Shown here: positions 19,870 through 29,592 of the stretch, in pieces
Numbering within the stretch: position 1 is the first letter of the stretch
How the letters are laid out: each line of letters begins with the position of its first letter
NCBI GenBank assembly: GCA_051010095.1
Contig: JBPCVX010000389.1
Span: 1-46,202 of the forward strand
Length of the DNA: 46,202 nt
Source of the DNA: Hyphomicrobiales bacterium
GTDB lineage: Bacteria > Pseudomonadota > Alphaproteobacteria > Rhizobiales > CAJQND01
Direction of reading: 5' to 3'
Position numbers and translations under genes: made by a program
The notes under the pieces: model-generated
Told to the model about the DNA's origin: nothing
Seen by the model: the letters and a program-made list of their open reading frames with translations, nothing else
Database searches by the model: none

Positions 19870-21084
19870 AACATCAAAATTTGGGCTGCGTTCTTGCACA
19901 AGGTCGGCGATCACCCGGCCGGTGATGCCAGAAAATGTCAGGCCTAAATGCTGGTGACCGAACGCAAGAAGAATGTTTTTCTTGCCAGGCGCTGGACCAA
20001 TAGCGGGTAGGGCGTCAGGAAATGTGGGGCGGAACCCAAGCCAGGTTTCATCAGGTTCACCAAGACCGCTAATCATTTCTTTCGAACGCCGCGCGATATA
20101 GTCGATACGGTTCTGTGATGGCGGCTTGTTCAACCCAGCAAGCTCTACTGTGCCTGCAAACCGCAAACCGCCTGCCATTGGTGATACATAAAATCCTGCG
20201 TCTGCCCAGCCGACAGGGCGCGAAACCTTGTCTTGCGCGCCATGATAAACCACGTGGTATCCACGTTCGGTATCAAGCGGCAGGTGTTCTGCACCTGAGC
20301 CTGTAATTTTCTTTGAATGTGCGCCTGCCGCAATAACCAGCTTGGCGCAAGTGAAAGTGGAGCCGTCATCAAGACGAACGTGCACCCGGTCATCATCTTC
20401 TGAACAAGAGATCGCATGCTGCTCAACTAACACGCCGCCTTCCTTGGTAAAGCGGGCCATGAGCCTCTCAACCAGTTCGCCTGGGCTGGAGATGAAACCG
20501 TTCTCGTTTGATCTGAGTGATCGGTAAATGGGAAGCTTGAGATTTGGTTCCATCTCAAGAGTTTCTGCTTCGTTTAGTATATCCATATCCGCGCCCAGGC
20601 GTATGCGTTCATCAATGCCTGCTTTGGCACCGTCAAAACCCTCTTTTGTTGAATAAATGTACAAGGCACCATCTTCGTTCAGCAAGTCTTCGGCGCCCGC
20701 ACGTTTGATCATGGGCATGAACCCGGCAGCTGCATGGTTTGAGAGAATGGCAAGTTGCTCGGTCATATATGCCACCTTTTCAGGCGCGCAGTTCTGCAAA
20801 AATTTGAGCATCCAAGGCAGGTTAGTGAGGGCGTAGAACCAGTTGATCGCCAGCGGTGAATCTTTGCCAAACATCAGTTTGGGGAGGTTTTTAACAACAC
20901 TTGGCGAATTGATGGGGGCAAAGCCAGTGACGGAGAACACGCCCGCATTCCCATAAGACGTTTTGTCCCGCGAGGCGGACTTATCAACAAGTGCGACTGA
21001 AAGGCCTGCTTCCTGTGTATACAAAGCACATGCACACCCAACCGCGCCCGCGCCAATCACGGCCACATCAAAATGTTTGGTCAT
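19843..21084 (-). CDS. FAD-dependent oxidoreductase (DAO / D-amino-acid dehydrogenase-like family)
   Basis: N-terminal DVAVIGAGAVGCACA GxGxxG fold and a length of 413 aa. Its 3' end overlaps the convergent EamA gene by 27 nt. Confidence 0.8.
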   Translation of the reverse strand: MTKHFDVAVIGAGAVGCACALYTQEAGLSVALVDKSASRDKTSYGNAGVFSVTGFAPINSPSVVKNLPKLMFGKDSPLAINWFYALTNLPWMLKFLQNCAPEKVAYMTEQLAILSNHAAAGFMPMIKRAGAEDLLNEDGALYIYSTKEGFDGAKAGIDERIRLGADMDILNEAETLEMEPNLKLPIYRSLRSNENGFISSPGELVERLMARFTKEGGVLVEQHAISCSEDDDRVHVRLDDGSTFTCAKLVIAAGAHSKKITGSGAEHLPLDTERGYHVVYHGAQDKVSRPVGWADAGFYVSPMAGGLRFAGTVELAGLNKPPSQNRIDYIARRSKEMISGLGEPDETWLGFRPTFPDALPAIGPAPGKKNILLAFGHQHLGLTFSGITGRVIADLVQERSPNFDVSGFSPVRF

Positions 21085-21142
21085 TCATAAATCTCTCTAT
21101 ACAATCGCCCTAAATTCAAAAAACCAGGTTAATGTTCTTGCC

Positions 21143-23233
21143 ATGAATATCAAACCAGAAATACGCATCGGTCATTCTGTATGCCCTCATGATTGCCCCT
21201 CAACTTGTGCACTCGATGTGGAGTTGATCGACGCCAATACGATCGGCCGTGTACACGGTGCCAAAGACAACACCTACACCGACGGCGTGATATGCGCGAA
21301 AGTTGCCCGCTACGCAGAGCGTATCCACCACCCAGACCGGCTCACAAAGCCGCTAAAACGCAAAGGTGCCAAGGGCAGCGGTGAATGGCAGGAAATTTCG
21401 TTTGATGATGCATTGGACGAAGTGGCAGAGGCCTTCGATAAGGCGGAAGCGCGGTATGGGTCTGAAACCATCTGGCCATATTTCTATGCTGGCACCATGG
21501 GGTTGGTGATGCGCGATGGGATTAACCGGCTGCGCCACGCAAAACGCTATTCCGATATGTATGGCACATTTTGCGTGTCGCTGCCTTGGTCTGGTTATTT
21601 CGCTGGTACGGGAAGGCTTGCAGGCGCTGACCCGCGCGAGATCGCAAAAGCGGATCTGGTTGTGATTTGGGGCACAAACCCCGTTCACACCCAAGTTAAT
21701 GTGATGACACATGCTATTAAGGCGCGCAAACAGCGTGGTGCCAAAATTTTCTGTGTGGATGTTTATGAAACCTCCACCATGAAACAGGCAGATGAAGGCT
21801 TCATCGTGCGCCCTGGCACAGATGGTGCTTTGGCATGTGCTGTGATGCACATTCTATTTCGCGATGGAACCGCTGACCGTGCCTATATGGAAAAATACAC
21901 TGACGACCCAGCGGGCCTTGAAGCGCATTTAAAGGGTAAGACACCGGAATGGGCAGCCAATATAACCGGTCTAAGCGTTGAACGTATTGAACTGTTGGCG
22001 AAAGCCATTGGCGATACGGATCGCACTTTCTTCCGTGTTGGCTATGGGTTTGCGCGTCAGCGCAATGGTGCCGCGAACATGCATGCGGTAACGTCAATTG
22101 CCGCTGTTCGCGGCAGCTGGCAATATGAAGGTGGCGGGTTTTTACACACCAACGGCGCGATCTATCACTGGCACAAGGGGTTGATCGAAGGGTTAGATGT
22201 GCGTGACCCTGACATTCGCTGGATGGATCAATCGCAAATTGGCAGGGTGCTGACGGGCGATGCTGAAGCGTTAAAAAATGGACCGCCGGTCACCGCACTT
22301 TTTACGCAAAACACCAATCCGGTTTCAGTTGCGCCAGAGCAAAATCTCGTGAAACAAGGATTTATGCGCGATGATTTGTTCATCTGTGTGCACGAACAAT
22401 TCATGACGGAAACCGCGCAGTTGGCTGACATTGTTCTTCCCGCCACAATGTTTCTTGAACATGATGATCTCTATCAAGGTGGAGGGCATCAGCATATTTT
22501 GTTTGGACCGAAGCTTGTTGAAGCACCAGGTGAATGCCGTTCAAACCATGAAGTGATCTGCGGACTTGCCAAAAGATTAGGTGCTGAGCACCCAGGTTTT
22601 GATATGAGCCCGCGCGAGATTATCGATCAAACCTTGCAAAAAAGCGGTTGGGACAGCCTGGAAGAATTGGAAGCAAAGAAATGGTTTGATGTGCAACCTG
22701 GGTTTGACCGGTCGCATTTCTTGCAAGGTTTCGGACACCATGATGGAAAGTACCGGTTCGCACCAGAATGGGAAAAAGCCTATTTCACACCGCTTGTGAC
22801 CGATTATGGTGATTGCGCGTCTATGCCAAAAATGCCTGATCATTGGGCTGTTATTGAAGAGGCGGATGAGAGCCACCCCTTCAGGATGACCACATCACCA
22901 GCACGCAGCTTCTTGAATTCGACATTTAATGAAACGCCGTCTTCGCAGAAGAAAGAAAAGCGCCCTGAACTTTTCATAAACCCGGCTGATATGAAGAAAC
23001 TTGGGTTGGAAGATGCGCAGAAAATCATCATCGGTAACGAACGCGGCCAAGTGCGCCTGCATGCGCGCAGCGATGATGGTGTCTTGGAGGGTGTGACGGT
23101 TGCTGAATCCATTTGGCCAAATGATGCTTTTGAAGATGGATGCGGTATCAACACACTGGTTGGCGCCGACGTGCCTGCCCCGGTGGGTGGTGGCGTGTTT
23201 CACGATATCCACATTTGGATAAAGCCCGCTTAG
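21143..23233 (+). CDS. Cytoplasmic molybdopterin (bis-MGD) oxidoreductase family protein
   Basis: N-terminal Fe-S Cys motif CPHDCPSTC, no signal or Tat peptide, and about 696 aa of DMSO-reductase-superfamily architecture. I trimmed the start to the ATG at 21143 (MNIKPEIRIGHSVCPHDC). Confidence 0.82.
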   Translation: MNIKPEIRIGHSVCPHDCPSTCALDVELIDANTIGRVHGAKDNTYTDGVICAKVARYAERIHHPDRLTKPLKRKGAKGSGEWQEISFDDALDEVAEAFDKAEARYGSETIWPYFYAGTMGLVMRDGINRLRHAKRYSDMYGTFCVSLPWSGYFAGTGRLAGADPREIAKADLVVIWGTNPVHTQVNVMTHAIKARKQRGAKIFCVDVYETSTMKQADEGFIVRPGTDGALACAVMHILFRDGTADRAYMEKYTDDPAGLEAHLKGKTPEWAANITGLSVERIELLAKAIGDTDRTFFRVGYGFARQRNGAANMHAVTSIAAVRGSWQYEGGGFLHTNGAIYHWHKGLIEGLDVRDPDIRWMDQSQIGRVLTGDAEALKNGPPVTALFTQNTNPVSVAPEQNLVKQGFMRDDLFICVHEQFMTETAQLADIVLPATMFLEHDDLYQGGGHQHILFGPKLVEAPGECRSNHEVICGLAKRLGAEHPGFDMSPREIIDQTLQKSGWDSLEELEAKKWFDVQPGFDRSHFLQGFGHHDGKYRFAPEWEKAYFTPLVTDYGDCASMPKMPDHWAVIEEADESHPFRMTTSPARSFLNSTFNETPSSQKKEKRPELFINPADMKKLGLEDAQKIIIGNERGQVRLHARSDDGVLEGVTVAESIWPNDAFEDGCGINTLVGADVPAPVGGGVFHDIHIWIKPA

Positions 23234-23949
23234 TCCGGTTGGTCTGCATAAAGTTCAGGGAAGAATTCCTGATCCATACGTTTTGCGTAAGCGATCAAAT
23301 TGTCGAACTGTATCACCGCATCGTGTACAGGGTGGGGAAACAACGGCGCAGCTGCTGCTGCGACAAAGGCATAGACAGTTGCATCTGCCCCACAAGGATG
23401 ATCACCCAAAAGATATTTATTATCGCCCATAACACGCGAGATGGCTTCAAAGGCTTTGGTTGAAAACACGCCCAACTCTTCAGGTGCGAAACGCCCAGCA
23501 CCCTGATTATGAAGCGTTTTCATAACATTTTTGCGGATTTTCCATTTAACGAGTGGGCGTATCATGGCGAGGGCAGCGTTAAAGAATACACTGGGACCGC
23601 GTTCAAAATTGCCATCATCACTCCAGCGCTGTGCCATCACATGGAAATAGACATGTTCTTCAAGCATCTTTTCGACGGCCCACGCGGCCGCCAAATCGCG
23701 CTCTGCATAGCCTTTGTCAAAATCGATGCCGTGGGTATATTCAAGGTGTAGGCGGATCAATGTGGAATCTGAAATCAGCGTGCCATCATCATCAATGTAG
23801 GGTTGCTTGCCGCGCGGGGCTTTGTTGTAGCCGTTGGTATCTGCATCATAGTCAATGCCCGCAATACGCAGCAGCATATGCGCCTTGGTGACAAAGGGGC
23901 TTGGGTCGGGCAACCCGAATGCAGGGCCAAATGTGTAAAGCGTAATCAT
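23230..23949 (-). CDS. Glutathione S-transferase family protein
   Basis: N-terminal thioredoxin-like region (ITLYTFGPAFGLPDPSPFVTKAHMLL) and a C-terminal GST helical domain. It overlaps the convergent Mo-enzyme stop by 4 nt. Confidence 0.75.
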   Translation of the reverse strand: MITLYTFGPAFGLPDPSPFVTKAHMLLRIAGIDYDADTNGYNKAPRGKQPYIDDDGTLISDSTLIRLHLEYTHGIDFDKGYAERDLAAAWAVEKMLEEHVYFHVMAQRWSDDGNFERGPSVFFNAALAMIRPLVKWKIRKNVMKTLHNQGAGRFAPEELGVFSTKAFEAISRVMGDNKYLLGDHPCGADATVYAFVAAAAAPLFPHPVHDAVIQFDNLIAYAKRMDQEFFPELYADQPD

Positions 23950-24206
23950 TTCGTTCTCCAGACAGATCGATGTCTTATTAATGTTTTCCTCCTGACACCC
24001 AGGGGGCAGGAGATTGAAAATAAATTTGATTCGACTCTAACCGACATGGTCACGAAAGCCGACAAAATCTTGCCTTAATTTCCCTGTGCGCGGGGTCACA
24101 CCGGTGTCACGTTAGATGAACGGTTTGTGAACAAGGTGATCAGTTAAAACTCAGCTTCGTTCTATTATATTGTTCAGATAGCGCAAATGTTTGAAGGATA
24201 GAGACG

Positions 24207-24617
24207 ATGTTTACCCGCTCAAATATATCCAAGAAGAAGACCAATACCTTCGCCAAATCAACCGCGCTTGCTGCGACGCTTGCCGTCACGTTCTTTGCCC
24301 TGACACAAGCGCAAGCTGGTTTGATTTCCGAAGTCAGCAAAATCGCAAATAATGACAGAATTCTGCCGTTAGAGACCATCGAGCTGGCGTGTGAATTTGG
24401 TGCCGCAAAGCCCGGCGAGGAGCCAGGGTTTGTGAGGATCATCAACCACTCTGAAAACACGCTGCACGGCGGTTTGCCCGTAACTTACCGCCTGACCTCT
24501 ACCGGCGAGGAATTCACCTTCCACATGCCAGGCAGTGCTGAGCAATGGGAGCAGGCGCGTGTTGAACACAGACTTGCTGTCGAAAGCTCATGTACCGCTT
24601 GGACGTATGTGAGGTAA
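24207..24617 (+). CDS. Hypothetical exported protein (orphan)
   Basis: Lys-rich N-terminus followed by the hydrophobic stretch ALAATLAVTFFALTQAQA, consistent with a signal peptide. I recognise no family. Confidence 0.55.
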   Translation: MFTRSNISKKKTNTFAKSTALAATLAVTFFALTQAQAGLISEVSKIANNDRILPLETIELACEFGAAKPGEEPGFVRIINHSENTLHGGLPVTYRLTSTGEEFTFHMPGSAEQWEQARVEHRLAVESSCTAWTYVR

Positions 24618-24760
24618 CGCACTGAAATACGAACATAAATCCGCCTCTTTCAAAGTCTAAAAGAAGAGGATCGAAGAAACGATGCACGATCTTGAGATCA
24701 AAATATTGAAGCGACAGACGCGCACCGCAGACTTTGAGAGAGGCCCGAAAGGTTAAGAAT

Positions 24761-24913
24761 ATGTCGAGCTCAGTTAAAAACAGACGGATACTTTTGCTGC
24801 TGGTTGCAGCAGGAATGGCTGTTGCGCTCGTGGCCCTCATCAAGGTTATCGCAGCTGATCTTCCGCAGGTGGCTCATGTGGTCCTGCCTGCACTCAAAGC
24901 GTTTATCGGTTAG
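24761..24913 (+). CDS. Possible 50-aa single-pass membrane peptide (below the ORF-track cutoff)
   Basis: My hand translation is MSSSVKNRRILLLLVAAGMAVALVALIKVIAADLPQVAHVVLPALKAFIG*. It has a basic N-terminus and one TM helix, with GAAAGG 9 nt upstream. It ends 1 nt before the convergent purN stop. Confidence 0.3.
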   Translation: MSSSVKNRRILLLLVAAGMAVALVALIKVIAADLPQVAHVVLPALKAFIG

Positions 24914-24914
24914 A

Positions 24915-25571
24915 TCAAACCTCTGGTGCTGGTGAAACCAGCGGCGCCTGTGGATGGTCATCAAGACTGAACTGCGCCTCTTCACCAGCCACTCTCACCA
25001 AACCCTTTGCAACAAGATCCAAAGCCCTTGGGTAGATCACGTGTTCTGCCTCTAACACGCGCGCACCTAAGGTGTCTGGAGTATCACCATTCACAACGGG
25101 AACGGCTGCTTGCAGAATCTGCGGGCCGGTATCCATTGCGCCGCGCACATAATGGACGGTGCAGCCGGTAATTCTAATGCAGTCGCGCAGCACGCGGGTG
25201 TGGGTATCAAGCCCTTTATATGAAGGCAGCAACGAAGGGTGGATGTTGATGATTCTGTTATACCAGGTCTCAACAAACCCATCGCTGAACAGCCGCATGA
25301 AACCAGCCAGGCATATGAGCTCGATGCCTGCGCTTTCAAGCGCACCACTCAAGGCGGCGTCGAAATCTTCACGGGTTTCAAAATCCCGGTGGTTGATAGT
25401 GATTGTTCGAATTCCATGAGCGGCGGCGGTTTCCAAACCCGCTGCGTCTGGATTGTTTGACATGACCAACGCAATTTCTGCACCATAATTTGGTGCAGCC
25501 GCTGCTTTGATCAAAGCATCCATATTTGAACCGCGGCCCGAGATTAAAATCGCGGTTTTCCTCCGGCTCAT
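24915..25571 (-). CDS. purN: Phosphoribosylglycinamide formyltransferase
   Basis: [10 protein letters not shown] and NIHPSLLP motifs. It overlaps the purM stop by 4 nt. Confidence 0.93.
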   Translation of the reverse strand: MSRRKTAILISGRGSNMDALIKAAAAPNYGAEIALVMSNNPDAAGLETAAAHGIRTITINHRDFETREDFDAALSGALESAGIELICLAGFMRLFSDGFVETWYNRIINIHPSLLPSYKGLDTHTRVLRDCIRITGCTVHYVRGAMDTGPQILQAAVPVVNGDTPDTLGARVLEAEHVIYPRALDLVAKGLVRVAGEEAQFSLDDHPQAPLVSPAPEV

Positions 25572-26638
25572 GACGCAAACTCCAAATCACCTTGGTAAAC
25601 CACTTCATTAGTTTCTGAAGCGATAAGGTTGCCGATCGTGCGCACTTCTTCGCCTTCGCGGGTAAAAATTTCCGTTACGGAGCTGGCCTCTTTTTCATCA
25701 ACAGCAATGATCATGCCGACACCGCAGTTAAAGGTGCGCAGCATTTCAGTGTTCGCAATACCGCCTTCGTGGGCCAACCAACCAAACACCGGTGGGGGGG
25801 TGAGCTGTGAAAGTTCAATTTTTGCTCCTAGGCCTTTAGGCAAGATGCGCGGAATGTTTTCTGGAAATCCACCGCCGGTAATATGCACAAGTGCCTTCAA
25901 TGCGCCGGTTTCGCGCATTGCTGCCAGAACGGGTTTGACGTAAATGCGGGTTGGCTCAAGCAAAGTATCTGCCAAAGAGCGCTCCGAATTGAATGGTGCA
26001 GGTGCGGCAAGTTTAGCGCCAGATCGCTCGATCACGCGCCTTATGAGAGAATATCCGTTTGAATGAGGTCCCGATGAGGAGAGGCCGAGCAAGACATCGC
26101 CAGCTTTTAGATCGCTTCTTGGTAATAGGGTACCGCGTTCTGCAGCACCTACCGAAAAGCCGGCCAGATCATAATCGCCGTCTGCGTACATTCCGGGCAT
26201 TTCAGCAGTTTCACCACCGATAAGCGCGCATCCTGCTTGTTGACAGCCCACCGCGATGCCCGCCACCACATCGCGTGCATCTTTAACATCCAAATGCCCA
26301 GTGGCGAAATAATCGAGGAAAAACAGAGGTTCTGCGCCTTGCACAATGAGATCGTTCACGCACATGGCGACCAGATCTATGCCCACTGTGTCATGTTGGC
26401 CCGTGTCGATTGCCAGTTTTAGCTTCGTGCCCACGCCATCGTTGGCGGCAACCAGAATGGGGTCTTCGAAACCTGCAGCCTTTAAATCAAACAGCCCACC
26501 AAACCCCCCCAAAGCGCCATCAGCACCGCTGCGTGCGGTCGCTTTGGCAAGTGGTTTTATGGCATCGACAAGCGCGTTTCCCGCCGTGATATCGACGCCG
26601 GCATCTTTATAAGTTAGGCCGTTTTGCTTAGCGTCCAT
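25568..26638 (-). CDS. purM: Phosphoribosylformylglycinamidine cyclo-ligase (AIR synthetase)
   Basis: DGVGTK and GGETAEMPG motifs. I trimmed the start to the ATG at 26638 ([17 protein letters not shown]), the canonical PurM N-terminus. Confidence 0.93.
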   Translation of the reverse strand: MDAKQNGLTYKDAGVDITAGNALVDAIKPLAKATARSGADGALGGFGGLFDLKAAGFEDPILVAANDGVGTKLKLAIDTGQHDTVGIDLVAMCVNDLIVQGAEPLFFLDYFATGHLDVKDARDVVAGIAVGCQQAGCALIGGETAEMPGMYADGDYDLAGFSVGAAERGTLLPRSDLKAGDVLLGLSSSGPHSNGYSLIRRVIERSGAKLAAPAPFNSERSLADTLLEPTRIYVKPVLAAMRETGALKALVHITGGGFPENIPRILPKGLGAKIELSQLTPPPVFGWLAHEGGIANTEMLRTFNCGVGMIIAVDEKEASSVTEIFTREGEEVRTIGNLIASETNEVVYQGDLEFAS

Positions 26639-26762
26639 GATTTGCCCGATTCTAGAGACATTTTTATGCGCTTTATGGGGGCGAATCGAGAGAATATCAA
26701 TTGCTCTTGCTGGTGACAGCATGTAGCGAATGGTATATGCCGCTGTTTCGGAGTTTTTGTAG

Positions 26763-27869
26763 GTGTTCAGCATGGTGATGGGGCGATGGCTTGCGCGGCT
26801 AAGCCTTGCGATATTTTTGGCAGGCGGCTTGATCGTGTTCGGCGGTGCACGGCAAGCAGCGCTCGCTGATGCGTGGCGGGTGTCAAACGTCAAAGTTGAT
26901 GTGACGGCTGAGAATGCGCCAGAGGCCAAGATGATCGCGATTGGTGAAGCGCAATTAATCGCGTTCAAGCGGTTGATAGATCGTGTTGTGCCAGCGGAAA
27001 ATGCGGCCAAACTTAGAGATCTCCCCCCCAAGTCAGTGCGTCCATTGATGGCCTCGGTGAGCATCCAAGAAGAGAGCGTTGCGCCCAAGCGCTACATCGC
27101 AAAGCTTTCGGTGAGATTTTTACAAGGTAAAACCAAGGCATTGTTGGCAAGCTACGGGGTAAAGTTCGCTGAAAAACAATCAGATCCGGTGTTGTTGGTG
27201 CCGATTTGGCTTGGACCAGAGGGCGCGGACATGTGGAGCAAGGATAATCCATTGCGCCGGGCCTGGGACGATATCGACCTTGAAAACGCACTTGTTCCCT
27301 TCGTGATTGCGACTGGTGACCGAACCGACAAAGAAACCATAACCCCCGCTGAGGCATTGCAAGGGAATTGGCAAAAACTGCAAGGGCTGCAATTGCGTTA
27401 TGGCGCATCAACAATTTTAGTTGCTGCGGCCCAACCCAAAAGCGACATCTCGCTGCGTGCGGTAATGTTTGGGTCGTCACCAGTAGGCAACATCAAATTT
27501 GATAACGAGTATTCTGGGGATGATTTAGAGGCAGCAGCGAAGATTGCGGCAAGAACGCAGTTTCAAGCAGTACAAGAACGGTGGAAAAAGAAAAACCTTG
27601 TGGTGCATCGCAGATCTGTATCTAACGGATCTGCAAATGTAGTCAAAATCGCTGTACCTTTGACAAACTTGGCGGAGTGGAATGTTTTGCGCAGTCGTAT
27701 TCAGGCAACCAACGGTGTTGGGCGTATCGATGTTAATTCGCTTTCCGCGCGTGGTGCGATTATATCTATCGCGTTTGCCGGGTCTTTGAACCAATTGCGA
27801 AACGCGTTTTATCAAACCGGCTTTTCACTTCAACAGAACAGAGGAACGTGGGTCCTGCGCCCGCAATAA
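26763..27869 (+). CDS. DUF2066-like exported protein, conserved next to purM in alphaproteobacteria
   Basis: Signal-like N-terminus [26 protein letters not shown]. Its position divergent from purM and upstream of the phosphatidyltransferase matches the conserved context. The start is ambiguous (GTG 26763, ATG 26772 or ATG 26778). Confidence 0.65.
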   Translation: MFSMVMGRWLARLSLAIFLAGGLIVFGGARQAALADAWRVSNVKVDVTAENAPEAKMIAIGEAQLIAFKRLIDRVVPAENAAKLRDLPPKSVRPLMASVSIQEESVAPKRYIAKLSVRFLQGKTKALLASYGVKFAEKQSDPVLLVPIWLGPEGADMWSKDNPLRRAWDDIDLENALVPFVIATGDRTDKETITPAEALQGNWQKLQGLQLRYGASTILVAAAQPKSDISLRAVMFGSSPVGNIKFDNEYSGDDLEAAAKIAARTQFQAVQERWKKKNLVVHRRSVSNGSANVVKIAVPLTNLAEWNVLRSRIQATNGVGRIDVNSLSARGAIISIAFAGSLNQLRNAFYQTGFSLQQNRGTWVLRPQ

Positions 27870-28468
27870 GTTCACAAACTTTCCAGCTTGAGGATTTCCG
27901 ATTGTCACTGCCCAATATGATAACCATTGGCCGCATTATTTTGGTGCCGTTTGCTATCTGGTTGATTGTAACGGGTCAGTTTTTGTGGGCTTTTGCCGTT
28001 TTTATCATCGCTGGTATTTCTGATGGCGTTGATGGATTTATCGCCAAGCGTTTCGATCTCGCCACCCGTTTAGGGGCCTACCTAGACCCGTTGGCGGACA
28101 AATTGCTATTGGTGAGTATGTATCTGGCACTTGGGTTTCTGGGCAAGATGTCGGCGTTATTGGTCATCATTGTCGTCAGTCGTGATGTCATGATTGTTGG
28201 GGCGGTGATATTGTCATGGGTGCTTGATAAGCCTATTGAAATGCGGCCCTTATGGATCAGCAAGGTGAACACTGCTGGACAAATCTTATTCGCAGGCCTG
28301 ATTTTGGCGGGGCTTGGTTTTGGCGTTAATATCGACTTGCTTAGTATAGTTGGGGGCTTTTTGGTGGGTACGCTCACCATTGCATCAGGTGCCGCTTATA
28401 TGCGTGACTGGATTATCCACATGTCCAACGGCAACGGTTTGCAGGCGAGCCGGGGGGACAACGAATAA
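27848..28468 (+). CDS. CDP-alcohol phosphatidyltransferase family protein (PgsA-like)
   Basis: Motif DGVDGFIAKRFDLATRLGAYLDPLADK (D-G-x2-A-[RK]...G-x3-D-x3-D) and several TM helices. The start is uncertain. A TTG at 27902 giving (M)SLPNMITIGR is a plausible alternative. Confidence 0.85.
   Translation: MGPAPAISSQTFQLEDFRLSLPNMITIGRIILVPFAIWLIVTGQFLWAFAVFIIAGISDGVDGFIAKRFDLATRLGAYLDPLADKLLLVSMYLALGFLGKMSALLVIIVVSRDVMIVGAVILSWVLDKPIEMRPLWISKVNTAGQILFAGLILAGLGFGVNIDLLSIVGGFLVGTLTIASGAAYMRDWIIHMSNGNGLQASRGDNE
28413..28421 (+). promoter_or_regulatory. Consensus DnaA box TTATCCACA, inside the 3' end of the phosphatidyltransferase CDS
   Basis: Exact 9/9 match, read directly, about 60 nt upstream of the AI-2E permease-hdaA gene pair. 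A single 9-mer match could be chance. Confidence 0.25.
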
Positions 28469-28480
28469 GGTTTTGTTTTT

Positions 28481-29590
28481 ATGACTATTCAACGCCAGCT
28501 ATGGTTTTGGGCCATATCATTTATAGCATTTTTCATGCTTGTTTGGTTGCTGCGCGACGTGCTCTTGCCATTTGTTGCGGGCTTGGTGTTGGCGTATTTT
28601 CTTGATCCGATAGCAGATTGGCTTGAAAGCCATAAGATGCCACGTTTGGCAGCAACTGCACTCATTATCGGCGTATTCGTTCTGCTGTTTGTGCTCATTC
28701 TGGTCCTTGTTGTGCCGGTGCTGGGTGATCAAATTGGCAATTTTGCTGAACGATTACCGGAATTTGCGAGAACCCTCACGGCATTGTTTAAGCAGGTTGT
28801 GCCAGAATCTATTCAACAACTGTTTGAGACCGACGATGGCCGTCTTTCGGGCCCGCTTTCTGATATCGCTGGAAAAGCAGCAGGGTGGGCTGCATCAATG
28901 CTCAAGTCGCTATGGTCGGGCGGAATGGCCTTGGTCAACACATTAGCATTGCTGGTGGTGACGCCCATCGTTGCCTTTTACATGCTTAACGATTGGGATC
29001 GCATGATCGCTAAGATCGACAGTTGGTTGCCGCGCGATCACCGCGACACCATTCGTGAATTAGCTGCTGACATTGACCGGGCGATGGCAGGGTTCATCCG
29101 TGGGCAGGGGACGGTATGTCTAACGCTTGGCATATTCTATGCCGTTGCGCTTTCAATGGTGGACTTGAACTTTGGATTGTTGATTGGGTTAGGCGCTGGC
29201 ATCCTCAGTTTCATTCCCTATGTGGGAGCAATTCTGGGTGGTGTGTTTTCAATTGGGACTGCGCTTGTGCAGTTCTGGCCTGATTGGATAATGGTTGCTG
29301 CGGTTGCTGGAATATTCGCCCTTGGCCAATTTCTTGAAGGAAACTTCTTGTCACCAAAACTGGTGGGTTCAAGCGTAGGGCTGCATCCCGTGTGGCTTAT
29401 GTTTGCCCTGTTTGCCTTTGGTTTATTGTTTGGGTTTGTGGGTATGTTGATTGCGGTGCCACTGGCAGCCGCGCTTGGGGTTTTGGTGCGTTATGCGCTA
29501 AAGCGCTATCTTGAAAGCCCGCTATATCTGGGAACCAGCACCAACAAGGGTGATGCTGGGGAGACCAAAAATAGCTCAGGTGGCGCCTAG
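28481..29590 (+). CDS. AI-2E family transporter (PerM/YhhT-like permease)
   Basis: A 369-aa polytopic membrane protein with the typical AI-2E helix pattern and a conserved position upstream of hdaA. Confidence 0.8.
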   Translation: MTIQRQLWFWAISFIAFFMLVWLLRDVLLPFVAGLVLAYFLDPIADWLESHKMPRLAATALIIGVFVLLFVLILVLVVPVLGDQIGNFAERLPEFARTLTALFKQVVPESIQQLFETDDGRLSGPLSDIAGKAAGWAASMLKSLWSGGMALVNTLALLVVTPIVAFYMLNDWDRMIAKIDSWLPRDHRDTIRELAADIDRAMAGFIRGQGTVCLTLGIFYAVALSMVDLNFGLLIGLGAGILSFIPYVGAILGGVFSIGTALVQFWPDWIMVAAVAGIFALGQFLEGNFLSPKLVGSSVGLHPVWLMFALFAFGLLFGFVGMLIAVPLAAALGVLVRYALKRYLESPLYLGTSTNKGDAGETKNSSGGA

Positions 29591-29592
29591 CG

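Noticed and set aside
19152-19925. A 257-aa plus-strand ORF in an alternative frame of the EamA gene.
   Set aside because: It is Arg/Gly/His-rich low-complexity sequence. The EamA frame gives a coherent 10-helix membrane protein.
20963-21142. A 60-codon extension of the molybdopterin oxidoreductase ORF into the DAO flavoprotein gene.
   Set aside because: The conserved Fe-S motif follows immediately after the ATG at 21143. The extension is antisense to the flavoprotein's GxGxxG-coding region.
26639-27088. A 150-codon N-terminal extension of the purM ORF (the track gives 506 aa). It would overlap the divergent DUF2066 gene.
   Set aside because: PurM proteins start at [16 protein letters not shown]. 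The extension is low-complexity (S/A/R-rich) and lies antisense to a credible gene.
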